A DNA stretch of 64,000 bases. Source: Paraspadella gotoi. Its lineage: Eukaryota > Animalia > Chaetognatha. The position numbers were made by a program, and so were the translations under genes. Below are positions 14,683 to 27,300 of this stretch, piece by piece (position 1 is the stretch's first letter; every line of letters starts with the position of its first letter). Location of the stretch: positions 20,612,248 through 20,676,247 of the forward strand of contig CM119264.1 in NCBI GenBank assembly GCA_051294375.1, in the 5' to 3' direction. The notes under the pieces were generated by a model that did not search any database, was not told the origin of the DNA, and worked only from the letters and a program-made list of their open reading frames with translations.

Positions 14683-17600
14683 CTCTCACATCGATTTCTT
14701 CCTGTCGCTCTTGCGCTTGAATCACCCGATTAAATCACTAAAGACACTTAATTCGTTGCTGTTTTCGTTACAGATTTTCCTTTTCTTTCTGGTTTTGTTT
14801 GTATTTCTATAGATTAAAGGCGTTCTCGCTGGAATGCCGCTCTCTCTCTCTCTTTCTCTTTCTCTTTCTCTCTCTCTCTTTCTCTCTCTCACAACCTTGT
14901 ACTGTCTGTCGAAAGTCTCCATCTTCGAGGCCAGCATTTCCATCTTTTCGTCGAGAGCCTAGGAGTGCCGTCGTGGGAATGTTTGCAGGGGGGGGAAGAG
15001 AGATCGAGTCAAGGAACGATTGGATGACAGAAAAGACGAAAAAGATATTGACAACGAGGCTGACAACGAATAGTAAATTTCTTTAAAATTTAGATTTTGC
15101 CATAGACTTTTCAAATTCAAACGATATAAAGGTTGACTTCTTCATTCATTCACCAAATTTTGATTGATCCGGGCGAAACCTAAACTTAAACTTCCATGGA
15201 TGAAAATTGCAAAACTTCCCATCCCCCGCCACCTTCGCCATCTTGATGCTCATGGCGATGTCGTTTTGCCGCTTGTGAAATATCGGCTCTTGCGCCGGAA
15301 GATACTCGGCGTTGATGACAGCGATGTCCCGACGGATGCGTTCGATCGTTTGGCGATGATACATGATGTTGCGCACCGCGGCGGCCATCTCTTCGATGCG
15401 TTTCTCGCAGGACTAAGTTAGAGAGAGAGAGAAATAGAAATAGAAACGATTACACTTGACCCTGGAAAGTATCGAGTACGTCTAATGAAAATTGCTTCAT
15501 CGAGTCTTGGCAGAGNNNNNNNNNNAGAGAGAGAGAGAGAGAGAGAACCCTTTTTAGAGCTACACTCCTCTCTCCACTGAATCCCGGATCAACCTGAATG
15601 CAGAACAGCAGTTGCGCTTTTGTTCTGTTAAGCAAGATAGGGATGAGTTTGCCCCGAGACTCCATTAGGGCGCGGTCGTACAACTCGTCGAGGATGTCCA
15701 CGGCCTCGTGGAAAGTCTTCAGGTCTTCGATGACGAAGTCCGCGGGGAAAGGGACGGCGGAGATCCTCTCCTTCACTTTGCCTTTTCGCCATAATGGAAG
15801 GGAAATTCACTGCGGCGTGCACGGACGTCATCAAGTTTTTTCAAAAACCAACAGTAATCACAGCACCGGAGGCATCCATAATTTTTTTCCCTTTTCCCAT
15901 GTTCCCAAAACGGATTTTCCTCAACGCCTCATCCAGAAAAAAATCAATCCCCTTATTCCTCAATTCCATATTTAACAAATCACTTCGTTAAAACATTATA
16001 ACGGCCGCCAACAACCTGCACCAAATTTCACTTACGTTCGCTCCCCAATGATTCCGCCCTCAAAGAACTGCCTTCTCCCTTCGAGGAGCCGCCGAGTGAT
16101 CCGCCGGCGGACGCGCTTGCCGAATCCTGTGACCGAGATGGAGCAGAAAGGAAGATGTTGAATGAGGCTCGGTCGAAGTGGAAACTCAAATCTAATTTTA
16201 AGGTTGGTCATTGGTCAGTGGTCGGGAGGAGATGGGAGCCCAGAAATGAACTAAATTGCAGGGGAAAAGTAACATCAGAGAAAAGAAAATTGATGTTGGC
16301 TGAACTCAATCGTGAATCTCGAGACTGACTTCGCCCGTCCCTTCCTTCGCCGCGGCGGGCGTCGGCAGCTTGACGATAGACTTCCACGGCTGTGAGGTAG
16401 TCTTTAAGTCGAAATCCTGGAACTGCTTGAGCATATCCGGGGGCATGCGGGCGCCGTAGAATCCGCCCGGCCAGCCGAAGTATGTCTTGATGATGTAGAC
16501 GCCGAGACCGGAGACTTGGTGGACAAGCATCTCGAGAGTGTCGAAAGAGGCGCGGACTTCCGTCGTCAGAGCCTCGTCCGCGGTGTGGCGGAGATCCATC
16601 TTTCTGTCGGCTGAAGCGAAAGGGATGTGATAATGATGATGATGATGCATAAAAACTCAATGAAATTTCGTTTGTTGTGATTTTATTGATATTTTTTTTA
16701 TCTGGCCTTTTTTATCTTTTTTTTTCTTGGTTTTTAACCTTTGTTAGAAAATGGCGCGGTGCATTCGGGATCAGCCACGTCGATACCGAGACTCTCCAAC
16801 CAACTGCTCGCCACCTGAAGACAGGCCGCGAAAGCATAAGCAAAATGATAAAATAACTCGGATAAGCCTTTCAAACAGCTCGACCTTCAGTGATTCGATC
16901 TTATTGGTGACGTCGATGGCCGCGGTCGTCAAAAGATTCGAGAAATCGTTTCTGAAATTGTTTTTAATCATCACACACGTTTCCCCGTTGCCATACTCGC
17001 CAATATTTCTACAAGTCACACGGCCAACAATAAATGACAATTAATAATATCAAAACTTTAAGAATTGAAATGAAGCAATCCGACGGCTACAACAAAAAAC
17101 TATAAGAATGGCGCTCCGGAACCGAGACCTTGAAAAATGACCCCGAAATTCCCCGCCTCGCCCTCAACCTGTGAATGGCTTCCGCCTTCTTTCCCTCCAG
17201 ATATTTTTCGTAGGCGAGTAGTTCTTGATTCAAAAATCCCGCCATCTCGGCTTCGTCGTCTTGGTTTACCCAACGTCAACGGAGAAAAACAAAAAGATCG
17301 TTTTCGAAATGTCAGCCACAAAATGTCTACAGGGAAAAGTTACTTCGAGGACGCGGGAAAACTGAGTGACTTTCTGCAAAAAGTCACAATCTTAAATTTT
17401 AGCATTAATTTAAAGGAAAACGCTAATTATGTCTCATCGATTGAATTAAAAGATTGTGATTGGTCGTCTTTGAAAGTTTTTTTTCGTCTTTCACGACTTC
17501 ACCTTGACTCTTTTTCTTAGGTTTCTTGGTTTCTTCCCCTTCTTTTGGGTAAAGCGATAATTCAGTGCCGTACCTGCATCGAATTGTGGATCTGGCATTT

Positions 17601-18476
17601 TCAGCGCCCGACAAGCATTCAATCTATAGTTTTCAGTTCGTCATTAAGTTCTACTATGGTTAAAATAGCTTTACTTTTCAATAGTTTACATCGTGTTGAA
17701 TTCGTTTTTGGTTTTACGAGTTTTTATAGTTTTCCAAGCAAATTCAGATATCGATCAAGTAAATAATTGCTTTAGAAAAAATTGTTATTTCTCATTTTTT
17801 ATAACCCCACAACAAAACCCTCTCGATCCATTTTTCTACCATAATTACCCCTCCCCTCTCATTCTCCCTCCCCCAGTTTCCTGTTACATTTTGAATTGAA
17901 ATTCGATGTTGTCCTGCGTCTCCCTCAAAAGCTCCAAAGGCGACTTCTCACTTTTCTTGTCCTCGTGCTCCTCCTCCTCTTCCTCGGCTCCGCTTTTGTT
18001 CAAAACCATTTGCTTCGCCCGGAAAAGCTTGGGGCCTTTTTTTTTAAAGAAAGGGAGAGAGAGCGGGATAGGAGAGTTTAAATAGGATGGAACATAAGTG
18101 GAATGGAGGAATGGTGTACGTAGAAAGGAAGAAGTGACCCTGGAGTTAAGTTAGATGATCAGTAATGTAAGAATTCTACGGTTTGGCATGAAGATATCTT
18201 AGACTGTGTTTAAAACGAATCCGACCAAAGATCCAAGAGAAGATTTACAATTTCTCTTTTTCTAGCGCCAATGATTGAGAAATGATAGATGGGAGCAAAC
18301 CACGCAAGATAAGATTATCGCTCGTAGTATGTAAACGTGACGAACATGATAAAACTACATGCATATTAACCAGGGATGTTGGACTTGAGAAGATAACGAA
18401 TATAATCCTGTTTCTCCCAAAACGGTTTCTCCTCTTCGTCTGCAGTCTTTTTCTTCTTTTTGCTCTTGCTATCCAT
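14255..18476 (-). CDS. Uncharacterised multi-exon protein (~504 aa, helical/coiled-coil rich, no recognised domain)
   Basis: Phase-compatible exons 18476-18371, 18139-18120, 18027-17888, 17623-17574, 17373-17344, 17259-17169, 16951-16885, 16814-16739, 16610-16330, 16126-16036, 15781-15594, 15412-15233, 14943-14896, 14529-14414, 14285-14255 give a stop-free protein: MDSKSKKKKKTADEEEKPFWEKQDYIRYLL...AGFLNQELLAYEKYLEGKK...MDLRHTADEALTTEVRASFDTLEMLVHQVSGLGVYIIKTYFGWPGGFYG...EDLKTFHEAVDILDELYDRAL...LLFEDFNKNLMASLNPENL. Start context is accATGg. The terminal exon is uncertain and there is an N gap in one intron. Confidence 0.75.
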
Positions 18477-19567
18477 GGTTGTTGTTTTTACTTGTCTTTT
18501 TTTATACAATATAGGTTTATTAATTCGTTTACACTACCACTAAAATCTAAATGATTTAGTTTCCGAGATTTAAATTTAAATTGCTTCGTTTAACTAATTA
18601 AATTTCCTCTTCGTCACCGTTAAAATCTTAACGACGTTGAGAAGTGATAACCAGTTTTTAACAAGTTTTTATTAAGATTCCTTTCTTTTTTTTCCTTTTT
18701 TTGTTCATCCGCGGCTAGTGATCCGAAAAGACAATTTATTGTTTGTCATATAGAATGTCTGATTATATGGCAAGTGGCATTTATACTAATGCAAACCTAA
18801 AAAGCAATATCGAAACAGTGACAGATATGCCTCAAAAGTATAAATAACGAAATCGCCTATCCAATGAGGATGGATAGATTGGAGCGGCGCAGTGGGTGGG
18901 AGGGAGAGATGTTTGTCAAGACGTTAAGGACAATAAATTTTCTCTGTAAGACATACTTGCCGCTGGATTAAAAAGTTTCACGAGAGAAGTTGTAATTATA
19001 GAAGAAAAAATTTCTCGGAGGGGACGAAAAAAAAAAGAAAAGGAAAAAAGTCATTCGTACTCTCGGACACGTCCTGGATATAATTCGGAGAAGAATTCGA
19101 TATTTTTTTCTGGTTTATCTCTCTCTCTCTCTTTTATTGTTATTCTTTAATTCTCATAGAGTTCACGAATCTCGAGATAAATTCAAATGCGGTGTTTTTG
19201 TTCTTTTCGTCGGAATCCACTTAAACTTGTCCGAATCGGTGAAGCGTCTTTTTAAACCAAATACCTGAGCCCCCTCCCCTCCCGGCCCCCTCGCCCTCAT
19301 CGTCGCCAAACAAAAGACTCTCTCGCCTTTTCCTTGTCCGTCTTTCTTTATTCTCTCGTATTGTTTTGACAAACGCCACTTCTCTTGAGTAACTTATTCA
19401 ATTTGTAATCCTTCGAGTTATGAAAATAATACTTATCCTCAGAGGTCGAACATATTTTTTTCTAATCTCCGAAATATTACCGATGTCAGGAGCAAGTTAA
19501 TGTTTTTGAAAACGCTTTATTAAATTATGCGAGAGGAAAATGCAAAGGAAAATATGAAGGGAATCGG

Positions 19568-19621
19568 TTTTTATCGAGCCGGTTCAGGCTCGATATTTAT
19601 TCGGGTGAGCTTCTTTGTGAC

Positions 19622-19680
<59 letters not shown>

Positions 19681-20125
19681 CGTCGTCGTCACGCATTTTT
19701 ATATAAAAACTACTACGCTTTTATAGTTTTGGCTGGGACTTACCGTTTTTTTTTAAATAAAAATTATTATAAATTACAATGAAGTTTTATAAAAGTGTAC
19801 GATCATCATAGGTTAAAAATTTAGATATGGCTTCTCATCTTGAAATAGATCTGAAATTTTCATATTACATTTGGATTCAAATATTTTTTGTTTGAAATTT
19901 CCACTTCATTATGATTTACTGAAATATGCAAATGAGATTATAGTACTCATTATAATATCTAAATTAGTATATAGAAATGCTTTAATCTAATTTACATATT
20001 GCAGTATATAATATTGAAGATGAAATTCAAAAAAAATTTTAAATCTATAATAAAAATGGGAAATCAAAGGACCTTTTTAATGAGAAGCTATATCTTAATT
20101 TTAATACAAATAAAAATAAAATCTT
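19568..20125 (+). mobile_element. Dispersed repeat family (Helitron/Helentron-like) with (TAG)n/(GTC)n head; second copy at ~58939-59430
   Basis: Terminal hairpin TATCGAGCC..GGCTCGATA, then GCTTCTTTGTGACGTAG, microsatellite, and ~430 bp highly similar to 58979-59416. Confidence 0.6.
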
Positions 20126-20394
20126 TGACAAGCTATGATTGGAAAAAATTGTAAACATTTCCAATTGTAAATAATTGTAACATTTTTTTTCTTTTCTTTT
20201 ATTTCTCTTTTATCTCTTATATATAAAGTCAAAGTNNNNNNNNNNATTTTTGTCAGTTGCTGCCTTTTCTGCCTTTCAGCGGCTCTCCAGCTATTTCTCT
20301 CTCTCTCTTTCTCTCTCTGTCTCTGTCTGTCTTTCTCTTTCTCTTTCTGTCTCTCTCTGTCTCTCTCTGAAATTTTGACAAATTACAACTACGT

Positions 20395-20785
20395 GCTATT
20401 AAAATATTTCATAAACTCCCTGTACATATTGATAAAGATATTGCTTTAGATGCGGCCAGTATGATTCCACTCTCTGACTATATACGTAATATTTCAGCCC
20501 GTAGATTAAAACGTATTATGTTTACAAACACATTATTTGATAGTATCATTAATCGCATTGCTACAAACACTGTTTATACTAACATTTCTCCAATAGAAAT
20601 TTTGCTGGGTTGGGACCGAGTTTCTGACAAGAGTAAATGTTTAAATTGCGAATTAGAAAGAGCGCACACAATCTGTAAACTAGAAGAATAGTAGAATACA
20701 TCAGTTCTTGTTATTATATGTGTAGTAATTTCTCAAAAACGTAGCTTTTAAAGGCAGTGTAAAACACTGGCCTCAAGCCCCACTT
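20395..20785 (+). mobile_element. 3' fragment of a non-LTR retrotransposon ORF2 plus UTR
   Basis: AIKIFHKLPVHIDKDIALDAASMIPLSDYIRNISARRLKRI...KCLNCELERAHTICK* resembles a post-RT LINE C-terminus with a CxxC..H..C knuckle. No splice context. Confidence 0.4.
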
Positions 20786-21301
20786 TTGCTTTCAATATTG
20801 AATATTCTGTACGATCTCTTGCGTGATCGTTTTTTTAAAAAATTTGATTATTTTTTTCTTTTTAAAAACTTTTATCGCCATTTATTCTGCGATTTTTTCT
20901 CAATGCAAGATCCAAAATTTACATCCGAGATTTTCGTGGATTTATTCACTTTCTTTCTCTCTCTCTTTCAATCAATCTCTCTCTCTCTCTCTCTCTTTCA
21001 CTCATACGCGCATTTGCTTGTTTTATTTATGATTGCGTCAATGAATGACTATCATCCAAATGAATGACTATCAGGTATCATCAGTTGATTCAGCGCCTTC
21101 CCACTCGATCCCAACTCTATCAGCCATCACGCAGTGCGCGGAGCGCGCCAGCCTAGCCAGTATATGTACTCATCACGTATGCTCTGAACGGGCGTCATAT
21201 GTTCTAATAGCTAATCACTCATGCTAATTCTCTGACGATCTCCTTGAATATTCTACACATCTCCCGATGAAACACACCAACTCGAGCCTACCTAGGAACG
21301 A

Positions 21302-21843
21302 ACAACATTATATATAGTGAACATTATTATGTAATAAAAAAATTAATAATATAAATTTTACAATTTACGCAGTAGGCCATATTATCATAGTACTAAACCA
21401 ATAAATGTTAAAATTTCAAAAAAGTTTTTCAAATTTTTTTTGCAGATTTGATTCGTCATAAAAAGTTGATAAAAAGAATATAACTCTTTTTGAAAAATTC
21501 CTTCATTTTGTGGGTCAAAAATTAAAAAAGCCATATTTTAAGCTGAAAATTAATTTATATAATCAATAATAGTTTTTTTTAATTTAACCCACTAATGAAG
21601 GAATTTTTAAAAATGATTTATATTTTCTTTTATCAACTCTTTGTATGAGAATTCAAATCTGCATATCAAATTAAGAAAAGCTTATTTTAAATTTTTTTGA
21701 TTTTATAAGAATAATACTATATATAAATATAGCCTACTGTAAAATAAAAAACTTAAAATTAATTTTTTTTTAAATTAATGTTCACTGATGTATGTTGTTA
21801 CTAATTGACTTTTAAAATTTTCGTATGTAACTTTCACTACGCC
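21302..21843 (-). mobile_element. MITE family A, reverse orientation, one end truncated
   Basis: Reverse complement of 37684-38220; ends GTAACTTTCACTACGCC-TTA on the + strand. Confidence 0.75.
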
Positions 21844-22288
21844 TTAATGACTATCATTGCATCACATCCATTTGCGTTATTATACATCAATCATTTTAAT
21901 CATAAAATCGATCATTTGGTTATCATCGCATGAATTATTGGTTTACTCAATCGCACCCATATTTGGTTATCATTGAAGGGAGGCTCGATCCTATTCTTTT
22001 AAGATTTTTCAAAATATTTTTTAAAAGGTTTTTCCACTCTAGTTGTGTAATTTCTAGCGTTGAAATAAGTGTTTTTTTAAATTATTTACCATTAAAATGA
22101 AGGAATAAGAAAATGATGAAAAATATATGTATTTGAATGAACCAAAGATTTTCCTCATATGTCAAATTAAATTATTCAATAATCATCACACCATCTTTTG
22201 AGTTTCTATATCTTCTATAATGACACTAACGAATATAGATGTATAAAAAGGCATTAATTTTTTTAAAACAGAAAAAGTCAAAACTTAC

Positions 22289-22592
22289 CCGGTCCTCCGA
22301 CGTCGCCAAAGAAATCGAGGCCGACGTGTCGATAGTCGGGCAGGGGCGGGCCCGGGGGAAGGTCGCCGAACAATGCCAAGCGGGCGGCGGCGGGGTCGAT
22401 GGGAGACGAAGGAGCGTCGACTCGAGGCGCGAGCTGCGCGTCTACGGGGTGCGAGCGAAGGATGAAGATTAGGAATAGGGAAAAAGCGGCGAATAAAGTC
22501 AAGGGGTTGACGATTCGCTTTGAGAACGAAGGCGTCGGAGGAAGCGGCTTCCCTAGAAGCGGCCGACGTCTTCGTCTTTGACGGTTGAGCAT
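22289..22592 (-). CDS. Probable first coding exon (signal peptide) of the multiplexin gene
   Basis: GC-rich ORF MLNRQRRRRRPLLGKPLPPTPSFSKRIVNPLTLFAAFSLFLIFILRSHPVDA-QLAPR...DFFGDVGGP, with basic n-region, hydrophobic core and a VDA cleavage-like site. It ends in a perfect phase-1 donor G|GTAAGT at 22289/22288, matching the phase-1 acceptor at 6278. In-frame upstream Mets exist (e.g. 22637). Confidence 0.6.
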
Positions 22593-25446
22593 TTTCGCAA
22601 TATTTTCGTTGCGATCGAGACGATTGGGGGGACGCATTGTGGAAAGTTCAGCGTCTTCGACTTTTGGGAAAATTCGCCGATTTTTCCACGAATGCTGCAA
22701 ATAGCGCGGATGGCTTTCCCTCCGAAGAAGATTTCGTAGGTCGGTAAGGCAAAAGGGAGAGGCTGGGGCCGCCATATCGTCGGCGGCGTTGTCGGCGCAA
22801 ACTGAGGCGCCGACGATGGCGCTAATGGCGTCGATTGCTGCGTCGAAGGTGCGGTTTTTATTCAAAAAGAAGTTTTGACACTAACAACCGAAGACAAGAG
22901 GATCCAAATTCGTCGTTTTCCCTCGCTTTTCAAGAAGGAGATAACAACTTTGCGGTTTACTGTGGCTGTAGTCGTTTCTTGCATACGGCAAAGATTTTTC
23001 TTCCTTTTAGTTTCAGTTTGAATACACCGTCATAGGTTGAATTAAGCAGAAAATCAAGAAAAATATAAAGAAATTATCAACCTCGCTGCGGAGCTGCAGT
23101 CGAGATGCAAAATATTTATGATTTTTTTTGTCTCAATAAAACAACAGGACGGAAGGTACGATAATCAAATTATTGTTAAAGTCAACTTTCATTTTCTTTG
23201 GCTTTTTACCTTTTTGACAAACGGTTTTATTACCCATTCTTTCCGGTTGCTTGGAGGAAAAGTGATGTATCAACTTTTCAATTTTTTTTTTATTCAAACT
23301 TATTCCGTCTCAGTATCTTGCTGAGATGGCGATAGTGATAATTGTAGAAGATTTATGGTTTATCCGTTTTAAAAAGCAAAGCATTGCATGTCCCAAAAAA
23401 GATAAGGATTTGAGACGTTGAAAAAACATCCAATTTTCAGAATTAAAAATAATAAATGCGGAACTCAGAATTGGTTACCTTTTTTTCGAAAAAAGAGAAA
23501 AATAAAAAGCCTAAAAAAAGATATCGAAAGTTAAGTTTTTTGCTTTCTTCGATTTTTAACTTTTTTTTCTACCGGTTTATTTCTGTTTATCCACATCCCT
23601 ATACGGACTCAGAAAAACATATGCAAATGAAATTTTTGTTTCCCTCGGGCAGAGAGTGTGCGAGATCCATTTCCAGGATTAACGTAAACAAAAAAAATCC
23701 GTCTTTCAACTTCGATCGAAGCGAAAATTGGAAAAATGAATTTTTTGTTTGGGCTCATTTTCTTGGGTCCGAGATCCGCGTTAAACGGAAATAATTGTGT
23801 CAAATTTGGAAACCATATCCAAAACATTAGTCATGAAAAGTAAAATACTATTTATTCGAGGCGTGGTAAAAAAAGACATTTTTACTTTTTGAATCCCAAG
23901 TGAATTTTCCTCTCTTACCCGGTTTACGTTTCGTCCAGAAATATAATTATTAAAAATCAATTTAATGATAGCAGGCAAAGTAGGATAGGATAAAATAGTA
24001 CGTATATCATAATTTAAATTGTATTTTCAAGCTAATGATGACTGCTTTGAATAATTTTGTTGAGTCAGACTTTGTAATCATCAAACAAATTCTTAAAAAC
24101 GCATAAGTAAATAATCTTTTTTGTTTTTGTTATCGTACATAAGAAGACATTACAAAATATAAATCCCTACCCAATAAATTTAGATAATGAAAACGCATTT
24201 TTTTGGTATACATGTATGTATGTGTATTGTATAAGGATTGAAAGGAACAAAAGTTTTTTGAAGTTGAAATTTAAAAAAAGTCTGGGATTTTTACGATATA
24301 AACTGGAATAAGAATTTTCTGTTTACGAGAAAAACTTGAAATCGATTTGCATCATTATATAACATCATTCGGTCACTTACAATGATGGAAAATTTTATGG
24401 TCAAATATATTTTTTAGCTAATAAATAAGTTTTAATAAGTAATATGACCTCACTAGGACTGAATAAAATGATTATTTCACAACAGCATAAAATGTTTTCA
24501 CTGTTTTTACTACTCACATTATTGTTAATATTATATCTCTGACATGATATTTTATATCAGATTTGGGGTAAAAAATGGTCCTTAACAAGCAGTAAAAAAG
24601 ATTGATCCTACAGGCTTGAGTCGTTGCTGCATAATGTGATTTATTGTCTTTCACTTTAACGAAATCTTTAATTTTTTTTCTTGTTTGATACTTGATTCTG
24701 ATAATACATACAAAAGTAAATAAAATGATAACTTTGCTTATAAAAAGGTTACCCGGAGCCTTATAACTTTTTTTGGTACTTTACAATTTAAAAATAATAT
24801 TCTTTTAATATAATATTATTTTTAGCTCTTTTTTTGACATATGAATTAAGATTCATCCCTGAATCCATCTTAATAGAAATGATGAACCATTTGACACGAG
24901 ACTGAGAAAAGGCAGTAATTTTTAATAATATTGATTAAACTAAAAAAGTAATAAAATAGAACTGGAAATTAGTAGATAAAAAAGAAAAAATAATTTTTTT
25001 GGACAATGCATTTTTTTTGCATGGAACTCCTATATTTTTTGTCATACATAAATGAAACACAGCTCCTATAAATCACAAAAGGCCAAAGTTTCTAACCGCG
25101 AAAATTTTTTTTTTCCATTATGGTAATAGAGTTCACTAACCTATTTAATTTCCGTTAGTTACTTTTGTTTTCTAATCTCTTTCATTATGACAGAACGCAA
25201 AATCTTGTTGCCTCATGCAAAGTCGAAATTTCAGATTTTTGCGTGAAAGCCAGTTTGACCCAAAGGATAAATCGAAAATTGTGAAGAACAGAATGAAAAT
25301 TTATGGAAAAACTCAAATTTCCTGTTAAAAATATTTTTCTTCCGCTGCGAGGAGCGAAGTAAGCAATACGTAAATAACGAATTTTAATGCCATACTGTGC
25401 AATAAAATGCTACAATAGAAGTTACTACAATTTTTTTACATTAAGT

Positions 25447-25516
25447 TGTAACCAGGTATCGAACCTTAAGTGCGCATATCACAGGAAGACCTCTTGACCA
25501 ACACGGCTATGAAGTC
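25447..25516 (-). mobile_element. Degenerate tRNA-like/SINE head
   Basis: Reverse strand has TAGCCGTGTTGG (A box) and GGTTCGATACC (B box) at tRNA-like spacing, without proper stems. Confidence 0.45.
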
Positions 25517-27004
25517 CCTCGGGATCGAAACCCCACGATCGAATTCGAGACTCGAAATCGGGGAAAATTGATGTTTCTGCCCAAAACTAATGATCGAAAG
25601 GGCTCGACCCCGGACCTCGGTATTTGGGGCGAAGGAAAAACCCCATGGTCAAAATATCAAACGACTTACCACGAAAATCAACGAATTACGAGCTTAAAAT
25701 CGCCGGCGGATTTATTGGCGGAAGAAGACGGGTGGAGGGCCGGAGGGTTGAGGGGGAAAAGGAAAAGGAAATTCGGAAAGCAATGGATGCTTCATGCAGA
25801 TTGGAAAAGAGTCGGAAAATTGATTAACGACAGGGACGATTCGATCGGTCGTAGTAAGTGAATCTGAGGATGTGAAGCAGGGGTAGGTATGAAGAAAAAT
25901 GAGCGCAATCGCCATCGGCAAAATACTAGGTGAAAGAAATTCCAGATATTTGCGTAATTTAGAATATAGGGTAAGTAAAAAAAAAATATCTGAATTCAAT
26001 TAAATTTACAATTTTATTTGACATATAATTCAAATGATGATAAAAATATAAAGTAAATAATACAATTAAGATTAAACTTTCGTAAACAAAAATCAATAGG
26101 GGTTTCTTCTACGAATAAAAACGAGAAAAGAGTAATTATGATTATTATAATAGTGAAGGTAGTTTTAATGTAACGAATAGGTTTTTTTTGGTATTGTATT
26201 GACAGTGGTCATGAAAAAAACGCGAATTCGAGGGTAAGGTTCCGTCAGAGATGTGAACGATAGAACGAACGAACGAACGCCGATGACGACGATGAAGATA
26301 AGAGGAGAAAAAAAGTTTTACAACCCGAGTCAAGAAGAAAATAAACGGAGAAAAAATTTAGGGTTTCCGAGGAGGAGGAGGAGGAGCAGGAGGAAGAGGA
26401 TTACGAGGAAGAGCGAGACCAAGAGAAAGTATTGCTTCATGTTGAAGACTTGTTATTGATGACTGTGGATTAGTTTAGGTGTTGCAAGTTGTTTTTTTCG
26501 ATTGTGCGATTGATGAAACAAGCGTTGCACGAATGCGAAGGAAGCAAAAAATTATTATTTCTAACCTTGATATTTTTTCTGAAGTTATAAATAAAGTTAA
26601 ATATTATTTTTTAATTTTTTTGTGTTTTTTCTTTTGTGACAAGGGATTAAAATTTAAAAAAAGAAGAAAAAGAGAATAGAAGCTTGATTAAAGATGCCAC
26701 TATAGTCTTTCAGCAATAGGAGATGGGAAAATGGCCGAATACTCTGTAACAATGAGGATGAGGAGCTGTCCTTCTGAAACTTCTGTTGGCTGTTCTGGTA
26801 CCCTTTGGGGTCCGATGTAAAATTTCGATTCGACTTTATCTTCAGTTACAAAAATGATTCTATCATGAACAGGTCGGTCAGTTTTCTCAACTGTAGTACT
26901 TCTACGTCTACGGCTGAACACAAAATCAACCAGTGGCTGTGCCAATACATGTAAATCGCTTTCAAGAGCTTAAACTGAACTGTTACTGCGTCAATAATAA
27001 TATT

Positions 27005-27300
27005 TTTTTAAATTTGCATCATTTTTTAACTTTTTTATTTTTTCAACTTTTATTATTTTTCAGCTTGCATCATTTTTTTAGCTTGCATCATTTTTTTAGC
27101 ATTCATAATTTTTTCAACTTGTATCATTTTTTCAACTTGCATACTTTTTTCAACTTATATAATTTTTTCAACTTGCATAATTTTTTTAATTTGTATAATT
27201 TTTTTAACTTGCATAATTTTTTTAACTTGCATAATTTTTTTAACTTGCATAATTTTTTTAACTTGCATAATTTTTTAAACTTGCATAATTTTTTCAACTT
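27005..27300 (+). repeat. 18-bp minisatellite (TTTTTTAACTTGCATAAT)
   Basis: More than a dozen degenerate tandem units; source of the spurious NFFNLH ORF. Confidence 0.85.

Noticed and set aside
16016-16035. 20-nt GT-AG micro-intron in the orphan gene
   Set aside because: Far shorter than all other introns here (about 65 nt or more); the acceptor at 15781 gives a better continuous frame.
15516-20245. N runs at 15516-15525 and 20236-20245
   Set aside because: Assembly gaps next to microsatellites, not biology; they add some uncertainty to the nested-gene layout.
26330-26440. Signal-peptide-like MKQYFLLVSLFLVILFLLLLLLLLG on the minus strand
   Set aside because: The hydrophobicity derives from a (CTC)n repeat; the frame stops after ~36 codons with no convincing donor.
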